NCBI GenBank assembly: GCA_030431255.1
Contig: JAUIJL010000005.1
Coordinates: forward strand, 29,313-93,312
Direction: 5' to 3'
Source of the DNA: Thermoanaerobaculia bacterium
Lineage (GTDB): Bacteria > Acidobacteriota > Thermoanaerobaculia > Multivoradales > J023
Length of the DNA: 64,000 nucleotides
In this document: positions 8,904 to 17,415 of the stretch, one piece after another
Layout of the letters: the number at the start of each line of letters is the position of its first letter
Numbering within the stretch: position 1 is the stretch's first letter
Program-made: the position numbers and the translations under genes
The notes under the pieces: model-generated
Told to the model about the DNA's origin: nothing
The model's input: only the letters and a program-made list of their open reading frames with translations
The model's database searches: none

Positions 8904-11900
8904 TCAGCTCTGTCCGCTGGGGGTCGCCACCGCCAAATCGTAGGCAATCCACGCTTTCAGCAGCTCCAGCTTGGCCAGGGAGCTCTCGGTCCGCTGGCGA
9001 CGAAGGGCCGCTTCGGCGACCAAGAGATCGTTGGTGGTCGAACGACCCGCCGAATTGCGCTCTTGCTCGACCCTGAGGGTTTCGCCGGCCAGCTCCGTGC
9101 CCCGGGCCCTGACCTCCACCGCCCTTCGAGCCACGGAAATCTGGGCCAAGGCATTTCGCACCTGAAGCTCAACCCCTCGGCGGAGCTCCACCAAATCGGC
9201 TCGCACCGCCGCTGCCTCGGCCTCGAAGGCCGCTCGTCGGGGAGCCCGTGTGCCTTTGGCAAAGGGCACCCAAGTGACGTTGACGGTTCCTTGGACCAGC
9301 TCCTCCGGGCGAAACGGATCGCCGTCGGACTGCTGTAGGCTGGCCACCGCTTCGAGCTTCGGCAGCCGTTCCGCCTTGACCGCCTTGGCCCGCAGCTCCA
9401 AGGCCCTGAGCTGAGCTTCCAAGGCCCGTAGATCATGCCTTGAGGCCAAGGCCGTGGAAATTGAATCTTGGAGGGAGGGCTCGAATTCGCGGTCGTGCTC
9501 GCCGTCCCATTTGGGCTCCGCCCCGCCATCGAGGCCGAGAGCCCGGCCGAGATCCGCCACCGCCACCTGCCGCTGCTCTGCCAAACGGCTTTGATCGAGC
9601 TCACCGGACTCCAGATCCAGCCGAACCTTCAGCACCTCGGCCTGCAAGATTCTTCCGGCTTCGACCCGCGCCTCCATCTCCTCCACCCGGGCCTTCAAGC
9701 TCTCAACAAAGGCTTGGGTCGCTTGGGCGGCCGCGTCGAGGGACAACACCGTCAGCCAAGCGTCCGCCGCTTCCGTCGCCAGCTCTTGACGCAGCCGCTG
9801 GGCTTGCAGACCACGGGCTTCGGCCACGGATTCCGCGGCCGGCGACTCGTAGAGCAGGTTTGAAGGATCGAAGATCGGTTGGCTCACCTGGAGCACCAAA
9901 GAAGTGCTGGTCCGATCACCGAGGGTAAATCCCCCGATGGGAGTTTCGAAATCGTAGTCACGATCTCGCCACACCCAATCTCCGACCACCGCCACAGAAG
10001 GAAGACGAGCGGATCGACGGCTCGCCACCGCGGTTTGCGCCGCGGCTTCCGCCCGCAGATCAGCGGCCTTCACCAAGCCTCGGAGGGCGGCCAGCTCCAT
10101 GGCTTCGGCGAGGGTCACGGCTCGCAAGGGCTCGTCCCGGCCGGTGGCAGGCTCGACGGAGCCATCGATATCGACGGCTTGCTCCGTTTCATCCCCATGG
10201 TTTGGCGAGCCCGTGGCCGCGGCCGCAGGATCGACCCACACCAAACCCGTCACAATCACCACGAAAGCGATCGAAGCCGCCGCCAGGGATCTGCGCCCCA
10301 TGCCCAAATTCTTCCAGCTCGGACGAACGAAGAAGAGCTTGTAGAGGGCCGGGATCACCAAGAGGGTGAGCACCGTCGAAGCCATCAACCCCGAGATCAT
10401 CGCCCAGGCCAAGGGCGGCCACAGGGTCGCGCCGGAAAACGCCAAAGGCGACAAACCGGCCACAGTGGTGAGCATGGTGAGCAGGATCGGACGCGCCCGG
10501 CGTTTCACCGCCTCGGTCAAGGCCTCATCGATATCGGCACCTTCTCGACGCCGGGTTTCGATCACATCCAACAGCACGATCGCGTTGTTCACCACGATGC
10601 CCACCAGGGAAATGACCCCGAGCATCGACATGAAACCGAAGGGTTGGTTCGAAAGGATCAGCCCGGGCACCACGCCGGTAGCCGCCAACGGCACCGTGGC
10701 CATGATGATCGCCATGCGCCGGAAGGAATTGAATTCCAACAGCAAAAAGAAGAGCAACAACAGCAGACCCAGTGGCATCTTCTGCAGAATCGCGGCGTTG
10801 GCTTTGCCCGACTCCTCCAGCTCGCCGCCGAGCTGCAAACGCACTCCCGCCGGCAGATCGAGCTCCGCCAGCTTCGGCTCGAGCTTTTGCGAGACCCGCT
10901 GCGCGGTGACCCCTTCCGCCAATTGGGCCTGGACCTTGACCACCCGATTTCGGTGCTTGTGGTGAACCGCCGCTGGGAGCCACTCCACCTCGAGGGATGC
11001 CACCTGCTCCAAGGGCACGGGCTGCCCGCCGGGCACGGCCACGTCGACGGTGGAGAGGTTATCGGCGAGGAATTTCTCCCCTTCCGACGACCGCACCTTG
11101 ATCGGAATCGGGTCCTCGCTGACCCGATATTGCCCGATCTCCATACCCAAGGTGCGACCGAGAAGGGCTTGGGCCACGTCCGTCCGCGCCAAGCCGTGAC
11201 GGGCGGCGGCCGCATCGTCGATCTCGAAACGCACCGCCGGCGCTCCCAGGCTGAGATCGTGGCGAACATCTCGGGTGCCTTCGATCGAGCGCAGGGCCGC
11301 CAACACCTCGTCGGCCACCCCTTCCATTTCTTCGAAGTCGTGACCGACCACCATGATCTCCACCGGCGCCTCAATGGGCGGACCTTGCTCCAAACGTCGT
11401 GCCACCACCGCCGCTTCGGGGACCTCCAACCGAACCCATTCCCGCACCCAATCGATCACCGGCTCCACGGACTCGAAGGCATCGGTTTCCGCCACCAACA
11501 TGGAGCGGTGGGGCGAATTGGGCCGAGACAGCAGGTTGTAATAGAACTTCGGGCCGTTGCGACCGACGAAGGTGCCCACCGACTCGACGTGGACATGTCG
11601 CATCAAGGCCGCTTCTAGCCGCTTGGCCACGCCGTCGGTGGTTTCGATGTGGGTGCCTTCGGGCATCTCCAGCTCGACGATCACGGTTTTTCGATCGGAA
11701 GCGGGAAAGAATTTCACCTCCACCCACCGGGCGCCGAAGACGGTCAGCACCAACAACAGAGCCGCGCCCATCAATACCCAGCCGGAGCGACGCACCGCGA
11801 GCGCGGCGATGCTTTCGGGCATCTTGGAAAATCGGCTCTCGCGGTTGGCTTTCGGTCGTGCCTTGAGCATCAGCTCCGAAAGCACGGGGGTCACCAAAAT

Positions 11901-13322
11901 GGCGAAGAGGTAGCTGACGGTGAGCGACAACATGATCATCACCGGAATCGTGCGGGTGAAATCAGACGTGTTGCCCTTCGCGATCAGCATCGGAACAAAG
12001 GCCGCCAGGGTAGTGCCGGTCGCCGTGCCCAGGGGCACGGCCAGCTCCTTGACCGACACCACCGCAGCTTCGTGCACGGGGATGCCTTGGTCGAGGCGAT
12101 ATTGGATGTTCTCCACCACCACGATGGCGTTGTCCACCAACATGCCGAGGGCGATCACCAGAGCGGCAATGGAAATTTGGTGCAGCACACCGCCACCGGC
12201 GGCGAAAATGCCGATCGAGCCGAAGGCCACCAACGGCACCACCAACGCCACCACCAAACCGAGCCGAAGGCCCATCGCAATGAAGAGGATGCCGGCGACG
12301 ATCAAGATGCCCAAGCGCAGAGAGCCGGTCAGCTCCTGCAAACGGCTCTTGACCAAGTCCGGTTGAAAGATCATTTCCTCGATCGACACCCCATCCAACC
12401 GTCCGGCCGCGGCCTCGACCGTCTCCCGGACCTGGTCGCCGAAACGAACCCGGTCAATGCGATCCTGGGGCACCACCGCCACGCCGATGGCCGGCTCCCC
12501 ATTCCAACGCATGATCTCTTGCTCGGGCTCGGCCGGTCCCCGTCGCACTTTGGCCAGCTCGCTCAACGGCACCGATGAGCCCGAAGGCAGCAGGATGGGT
12601 GTCTCCCGCAGCTCCTCCAGGGAACGCAGCTCCGTTTGGGGTCGTAGGTTGGCGGTTTTTTCACCCAAGTAGATCAAACCGCCCGGCACGATCCGGCTGC
12701 GCTGGGCCAGCTGCAAGCCGAGCGCGCGGGGGTTGAGACCCAAACGACGGGCCGTGGCGTCGTCGTATTCGATCGTGATCTGCTCACCGGGATCGGCGAC
12801 GAGCCTCACCTCTTTGACCCCGTCGAGGGAAAGTAAATCCCGCTTCAGGGTCTCGGCGGCGTGTAAAAGTGCCAACGGATCAGGGGATCCGACCAAGGCG
12901 TAAACGATGGCTTCTTGGGACACCAAGTCGTCGTCGAGCTCGGGATCGTAAACCCCGGAAGGGAATTCGCGCCGGGCCTCGTCGATGGCGTCTTCCACCT
13001 CGTCCCAAGCCGCGTCCGTGTCGTAGACCGTTTCCAACAGCTCCACGTGCTGGATGGCGACACCGGCGCGGGCGGTGGAATCCACGTAGTTGATGGTCGA
13101 CACCTCGGCGAGATGCTCTTCCAAGGGCTCGACCACCATGCGCTCGACGGTCAGCGCGTCCGCGCCGGGAAATACCGTCACGATCAAGCCGTCACGATGG
13201 GGAAATTGCGGGTCTTCCTCCCGCGGCATGGTCAGCCAGGAGCTGAATCCCGCCACCGCCAAGAGCAACGTCGTGGCAATCACCAGCCGACGACGTTGTA
13301 AGATGCCGTCCAACAGCTTCAT
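8904..13322 (-). CDS. RND (AcrB/D/F family) permease fused to C-terminal TolC-like outer membrane factor
   Basis: ALGMLVDNAIVVVENI, GIVVNNAIVL, RARPILLT; the last ~430 aa have OMF features (VTLAEAMELA, GRSTTNDLLVAE). Confidence 0.88.
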   Translation of the reverse strand: MKLLDGILQRRRLVIATTLLLAVAGFSSWLTMPREEDPQFPHRDGLIVTVFPGADALTVERMVVEPLEEHLAEVSTINYVDSTARAGVAIQHVELLETVYDTDAAWDEVEDAIDEARREFPSGVYDPELDDDLVSQEAIVYALVGSPDPLALLHAAETLKRDLLSLDGVKEVRLVADPGEQITIEYDDATARRLGLNPRALGLQLAQRSRIVPGGLIYLGEKTANLRPQTELRSLEELRETPILLPSGSSVPLSELAKVRRGPAEPEQEIMRWNGEPAIGVAVVPQDRIDRVRFGDQVRETVEAAAGRLDGVSIEEMIFQPDLVKSRLQELTGSLRLGILIVAGILFIAMGLRLGLVVALVVPLVAFGSIGIFAAGGGVLHQISIAALVIALGMLVDNAIVVVENIQYRLDQGIPVHEAAVVSVKELAVPLGTATGTTLAAFVPMLIAKGNTSDFTRTIPVMIMLSLTVSYLFAILVTPVLSELMLKARPKANRESRFSKMPESIAALAVRRSGWVLMGAALLLVLTVFGARWVEVKFFPASDRKTVIVELEMPEGTHIETTDGVAKRLEAALMRHVHVESVGTFVGRNGPKFYYNLLSRPNSPHRSMLVAETDAFESVEPVIDWVREWVRLEVPEAAVVARRLEQGPPIEAPVEIMVVGHDFEEMEGVADEVLAALRSIEGTRDVRHDLSLGAPAVRFEIDDAAAARHGLARTDVAQALLGRTLGMEIGQYRVSEDPIPIKVRSSEGEKFLADNLSTVDVAVPGGQPVPLEQVASLEVEWLPAAVHHKHRNRVVKVQAQLAEGVTAQRVSQKLEPKLAELDLPAGVRLQLGGELEESGKANAAILQKMPLGLLLLLFFLLLEFNSFRRMAIIMATVPLAATGVVPGLILSNQPFGFMSMLGVISLVGIVVNNAIVLLDVIETRRREGADIDEALTEAVKRRARPILLTMLTTVAGLSPLAFSGATLWPPLAWAMISGLMASTVLTLLVIPALYKLFFVRPSWKNLGMGRRSLAAASIAFVVIVTGLVWVDPAAAATGSPNHGDETEQAVDIDGSVEPATGRDEPLRAVTLAEAMELAALRGLVKAADLRAEAAAQTAVASRRSARLPSVAVVGDWVWRDRDYDFETPIGGFTLGDRTSTSLVLQVSQPIFDPSNLLYESPAAESVAEARGLQAQRLRQELATEAADAWLTVLSLDAAAQATQAFVESLKARVEEMEARVEAGRILQAEVLKVRLDLESGELDQSRLAEQRQVAVADLGRALGLDGGAEPKWDGEHDREFEPSLQDSISTALASRHDLRALEAQLRALELRAKAVKAERLPKLEAVASLQQSDGDPFRPEELVQGTVNVTWVPFAKGTRAPRRAAFEAEAAAVRADLVELRRGVELQVRNALAQISVARRAVEVRARGTELAGETLRVEQERNSAGRSTTNDLLVAEAALRRQRTESSLAKLELLKAWIAYDLAVATPSGQS

Positions 13323-14452
13323 CACCGATCCCCCTCGGTGGATCCCTCGACCGGTTCCACAGGCTCACCGTCGAGCAGACCTCGCTGCCCCCCTACGACC
13401 ACCCGATCGCCGGGGGACAGCTCCCCTTCGACCACCACGGAGTCGCCGATCAAGGCCCCCACCTCGAGCCGAACCTTTTCAACCCGATGGCCACCTTCGG
13501 CCGCAACGACTTTGAATAGGGCGGGTTGTCGCCCTCCGGGATTGATCACCGCTTCCACCGGCACCGTCATCGCTTGATCCGAGGTCAACGAAATCCTCAG
13601 CTCGGCGGTCGCGCCGACCACCAGACTCGGATCCGCAGCCAACCGTGCGACCACCGGGAAGAGCCTGCCGGCACCCGCGGCGGTCCGGCCCACGGAATCG
13701 ATGGTGGCGTCGAACGGCTTGGGCCCCTGATGGGGCAAGAACACAGCTGCGGAATCCCCTTCGGAGATCCGAGGCACGACGCTCTCGGGCACCTCGACCT
13801 CCACCTCCAGATCACCGTCGCCGGAGAGCACCAGGACCGGCCTGCCCGGCGACACAAATTCCCCGGGCTCAAAAAACACCTCGGTCACGGTGCCCTTGAA
13901 GGGGGCTTTGAGCCGAGTCTCGTCGCGCAATCGCTCCGCTTCCCGCAAACGGGCGCCGGCCGCGTCCTCGCCGGCCCGCAGGGCTTGCAAGCCGGCTTCC
14001 ACCTTTTCCAGCTCCTCCGCGGTCGCGGCCTTTGCGGACAAGAGCTTGCGAGCACGCTCAGCGTCCCGCTCTGCTTGGGCGCGGCGGGCCTGGAGCTCAG
14101 CCAAAGCCCCTTGAGCTCCGGCCACCGCATTCTCCACCTCTAGGCCGTCGAGCCGGGCGAGCACGGCGCCCTTCTCCACCACATCCCCGACCTCCACCGG
14201 GCGGGCGACGATGCGCCCCCCCAGCGAGAAGGCAAGGCGCGCTCGTTCGACCGCTTGGGTGACGCCGGAGAATCGCAAATCCCGCTGACTGGAAGCGGAA
14301 TCGACCCTGCCAATTTCTACCCGCTTGGTCGGCGCCTTACGGCTGTCCGAGCTCACCGCCGGCTCTGAAACTCCGGTCATGTAGACGGCGGCGATGAACG
14401 TGGTGAGACCCACCACGACGTTTCTATGTCTGTTGAGAATCGAGAGGATCAC
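13322..14452 (-). CDS. RND efflux periplasmic adaptor (MFP)
   Basis: GGRIVARPVEVGDVVEKG, LKAPFKGTV and GDRVVVGG; stop overlaps the permease start. Confidence 0.9.
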   Translation of the reverse strand: MILSILNRHRNVVVGLTTFIAAVYMTGVSEPAVSSDSRKAPTKRVEIGRVDSASSQRDLRFSGVTQAVERARLAFSLGGRIVARPVEVGDVVEKGAVLARLDGLEVENAVAGAQGALAELQARRAQAERDAERARKLLSAKAATAEELEKVEAGLQALRAGEDAAGARLREAERLRDETRLKAPFKGTVTEVFFEPGEFVSPGRPVLVLSGDGDLEVEVEVPESVVPRISEGDSAAVFLPHQGPKPFDATIDSVGRTAAGAGRLFPVVARLAADPSLVVGATAELRISLTSDQAMTVPVEAVINPGGRQPALFKVVAAEGGHRVEKVRLEVGALIGDSVVVEGELSPGDRVVVGGQRGLLDGEPVEPVEGSTEGDR

Positions 14453-14470
14453 GATTTTTCTCCAATAAAT

Positions 14471-14505
14471 CGGCCGACCTGACTATGAACTGGCCAACCG
14501 GTCAA
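14471..14505. promoter_or_regulatory. Putative TetR operator upstream of MFP gene
   Basis: TGGCCAACCGGTCA (14491) is one mismatch from the reverse complement of TGACCGGTCGGCCA at 15348; partial copy at 14471. Confidence 0.6.
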
Positions 14506-14599
14506 TATCGACAACAACATACCTCTACGCGGTGATTCATCCAGGGTTGCATCGAATCGAGAATTCAGGTCCGGCGAGGTTAGGTTTCGGTCTCAGGGA

Positions 14600-15289
14600 T
14601 CACTCGGTCTCATCCCTCGGAGCACGGACCCCTTCAAAGAAAATCTTCACCATATCCCGCAGATATCGCTCGTCCAAACTTGGGCCATCGATTTCGGAAT
14701 CGACCATCGAGAGAGTCAAACAGTGGCTTTGGAACCAAGAAAAGGGCAGCGCAATCAAGGTTTTGATAATGAAAAACGGCTCCAGATCTCGCCGAATCCG
14801 CCCTTCTTCTTGCGCTTCTTGAATCTTTCGGATGCCGATTTCGAAGAGCTGCTTCTCAGGATCCGCCGCGCATTGGCTGTCTTCCTCCTCCACAAAGCGC
14901 CAGCCCATGAATCGCACGGATTTGGGATCGTTTTGCAAGAACCGGAAATACGCGACCAAAGACTCTTCCAACAAGGTCTCAGTGGATTCGGATTGCTCCA
15001 AGAGCTGCATTTGAAGGTCGAAGTATTCTTTGAAGTGACGATCCTGAACCGCTTGCCAGAGCTCTTCTTTCGAGCCGAAATGGTGATGGATCAAGCTCTT
15101 GGTCACCTCGGCTCGCCGAGCCACCTGGCTGATCGAGGTGGCCGCCGGCCCATGGCAAGTGAAGAGATCCTCGGCCGCATCCAAGATAGCTTTGCGCGTG
15201 GCCTCTGGATCCCTCCGGCGCCGAAGATCCGCGGACTCTTCTTCCTCCGGTGACGCTTTGGGAGGGGTGTCGCTGAGATAAATGGCCAT
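14600..15289 (-). CDS. TetR/AcrR family transcriptional regulator
   Basis: TRKAILDAAEDLF...TSISQVARRAEVTKSLIHHHFGSKEEL HTH. Confidence 0.92.
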   Translation of the reverse strand: MAIYLSDTPPKASPEEEESADLRRRRDPEATRKAILDAAEDLFTCHGPAATSISQVARRAEVTKSLIHHHFGSKEELWQAVQDRHFKEYFDLQMQLLEQSESTETLLEESLVAYFRFLQNDPKSVRFMGWRFVEEEDSQCAADPEKQLFEIGIRKIQEAQEEGRIRRDLEPFFIIKTLIALPFSWFQSHCLTLSMVDSEIDGPSLDERYLRDMVKIFFEGVRAPRDETE

Positions 15290-15328
15290 AGCGCTCGCTT
15301 TCTGGGCTTCTGAAGATTTCGGTCCGCG

Positions 15329-15362
15329 AACCGGTCGGCCTATTAACTGACCGGTCGGCCAA
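15329..15362. promoter_or_regulatory. Putative tandem TetR operators upstream of tetR
   Basis: ACCGGTCGGCC occurs twice, 20 bp apart; imperfect palindrome TGACCGGTCGGCCA. Confidence 0.6.
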
Positions 15363-15477
15363 TAATAATTGGTAAGGAATCTGAGGTCAAGCGGTGAACC
15401 AACCCACGGGCTTTGGTAGTCTGACCCTTGGACCGAAAGAGAGTCCAGTGAGCCGTCATTCGAATCGGAGGTGATGT

Positions 15478-17415
15478 ATGTGTGGGATTGTAGCGATGTT
15501 CTCCCAGGGAGGGACCCTACGGCGAGAACGTCTCGCGGCGGCCGTCTCCTCGATCGAGCACCGCGGCCCGGACGGTGAGGGTCTGTGGCTCTCGCCGGAT
15601 GAAAAGGTAGGGCTCGGGCACCGTCGGCTTTCGATCATCGATCTCGAAACCGGTGCGCAACCGATCTCCGACGACGATGGGCGGGTGATCGTCGTCAACG
15701 GAGAGCTCTATGACTTCGAGCGGATTCGAGAGCGCCTCCAGCAAGCGGGCCACCGATTCCGCACCGACTCCGATAGCGAAATTGCCTTACACCTTTTCGC
15801 CGAGCACGGCTCCGGATGTTTTCCACATCTGCGCGGAGAATTCGCTTTTGCCCTATTCGACCCCAACCTGAAAGTTCTTTTTGCGGCCCGCGACCGATTC
15901 GGCATCAAACCCCTTTTCTATGCCCAGCACGACGGAGTGCTTTACCTCGCTTCGGAGATCAAGGCCCTCTTCGCCGCCGGCGTGCCGGCGAGATGGGACC
16001 TCGAGTCCTATTGGGACCGAGGATTCCTGCTCCGAGATCGCACCCTCTATGCCGGGGTGCACCAAGTGCCGGCAGGATATGCTCTCATCGCCACGGAATA
16101 CGGCGTGCGGCTCGAACGGTATTGGGACTTCTCCTATCCTGCTGCCGAGGATTCGACCTTGGAGACCTCACGCCAAAGCGAGCAGGAGAGGGTGGCCGAG
16201 CTGCGCCGATTGTTGGATGAATCGGTGGGGCTGAGGCTGCGGGCGGATGTGCCTGTGGGAGTCTATCTCTCCGGAGGGTTGGACTCTTGCACCGTGCTCG
16301 GCTTGGCGGCACGGTTGCACAACGCCCCCGTCGATGCGTTCACCCTGTCGTTCGAGGACATTTCCAGCGGCAATCCGGTCTTCGACGAGGGGGACATCGC
16401 CCGCGAGATGGCCGAGAGCACCGGCTCCCACCTCCACCTCCTGAGGGTCAGCCAAAAAGATCTGGCAGACTCCTTCGCCGATGCCGTTCGACACGGCGAG
16501 ACCATCTGCATCAACGCCCATGGAGCGGCCAAATTCCTGCTCAGCCGGATGGTCCGGGATCACGGCTACAAGGTGGTCTTGACCGGCGAAGGCGCGGACG
16601 AGGTCTTCGGTGGTTATGCACCGTTCCGCCAAGACATGTTGCGGCACAACAACGAAGGTCAGGATCCGGACACCCTGCAACGTTTGCTCGCCATGTTGGA
16701 GGACACCAACGCCGTCAGCTCTTTGGTGATGGCCGAGGAAGATCCGGAGGCCGCGGGTTGGTTGCGTCGGGAGCTGGGATTCGAGCCTGCCCATCTGGCG
16801 GCCCTGCGGCCGTGGATGAGCCAGCTCTCGCGGCTTTGTCGGGACGGTTTCGGCGAGATGCACTACGAAACCATGATCGATCGCTGGCTCGTTCACCTCG
16901 GCAACACAGCCCATCTCGCCGCCATCGAGCCGGTCCACGCCTCCATGTACCTGTGGTCGAAAAGCATGTTGGTGAGCTACATCCTGGTCAATCTGGGGGA
17001 TCGCATGGAGATGGCCCACTCCATCGAGGGGCGGGTTCCCTTCCTCGACCACCACTTGGTGGATCGGGTCACCCAATGGCCCGTCCACACCAAGATTCGG
17101 GGCATTACCGAGAAGCACATCTTGCGGGAAGCCGTGCGCGATGTGCTGACGGACACGGTCTATCGTCGGCAAAAGCACCCCTTCACCTCGCCGCCTAGCA
17201 CCGCGGAAACCGACGGCGCCCTCTTCACCTTAGCCCAAGACACCCTGCGCAGCCGGCAGATGGCGGACCAGCCCTTTTACGATCCGGCCAAGGTGAGCCA
17301 CTTCCTCGACAAGCTCAAGGGCTTACCTCCCGGTCCCCGGCTCGGGGCCGACGCACTGGTGATGGAGATTCTCAGCCTGGCTACCCTCCAAGGCTGTTTT
17401 TCGCCCTCCGCGTGA
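15478..17415 (+). CDS. asnB: Asparagine synthase (glutamine-hydrolysing) family amidotransferase
   Basis: MCGI start, HRGPD, GHRRLSIID, RDRFGIKPL, YLSGGLDS, LTGEGADE, SIEGRVPFLD. Confidence 0.92.
   Translation: MCGIVAMFSQGGTLRRERLAAAVSSIEHRGPDGEGLWLSPDEKVGLGHRRLSIIDLETGAQPISDDDGRVIVVNGELYDFERIRERLQQAGHRFRTDSDSEIALHLFAEHGSGCFPHLRGEFAFALFDPNLKVLFAARDRFGIKPLFYAQHDGVLYLASEIKALFAAGVPARWDLESYWDRGFLLRDRTLYAGVHQVPAGYALIATEYGVRLERYWDFSYPAAEDSTLETSRQSEQERVAELRRLLDESVGLRLRADVPVGVYLSGGLDSCTVLGLAARLHNAPVDAFTLSFEDISSGNPVFDEGDIAREMAESTGSHLHLLRVSQKDLADSFADAVRHGETICINAHGAAKFLLSRMVRDHGYKVVLTGEGADEVFGGYAPFRQDMLRHNNEGQDPDTLQRLLAMLEDTNAVSSLVMAEEDPEAAGWLRRELGFEPAHLAALRPWMSQLSRLCRDGFGEMHYETMIDRWLVHLGNTAHLAAIEPVHASMYLWSKSMLVSYILVNLGDRMEMAHSIEGRVPFLDHHLVDRVTQWPVHTKIRGITEKHILREAVRDVLTDTVYRRQKHPFTSPPSTAETDGALFTLAQDTLRSRQMADQPFYDPAKVSHFLDKLKGLPPGPRLGADALVMEILSLATLQGCFSPSA

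Noticed and set aside
9879..11618. 579-aa plus-strand ORF
   Set aside because: Antisense shadow of the RND permease
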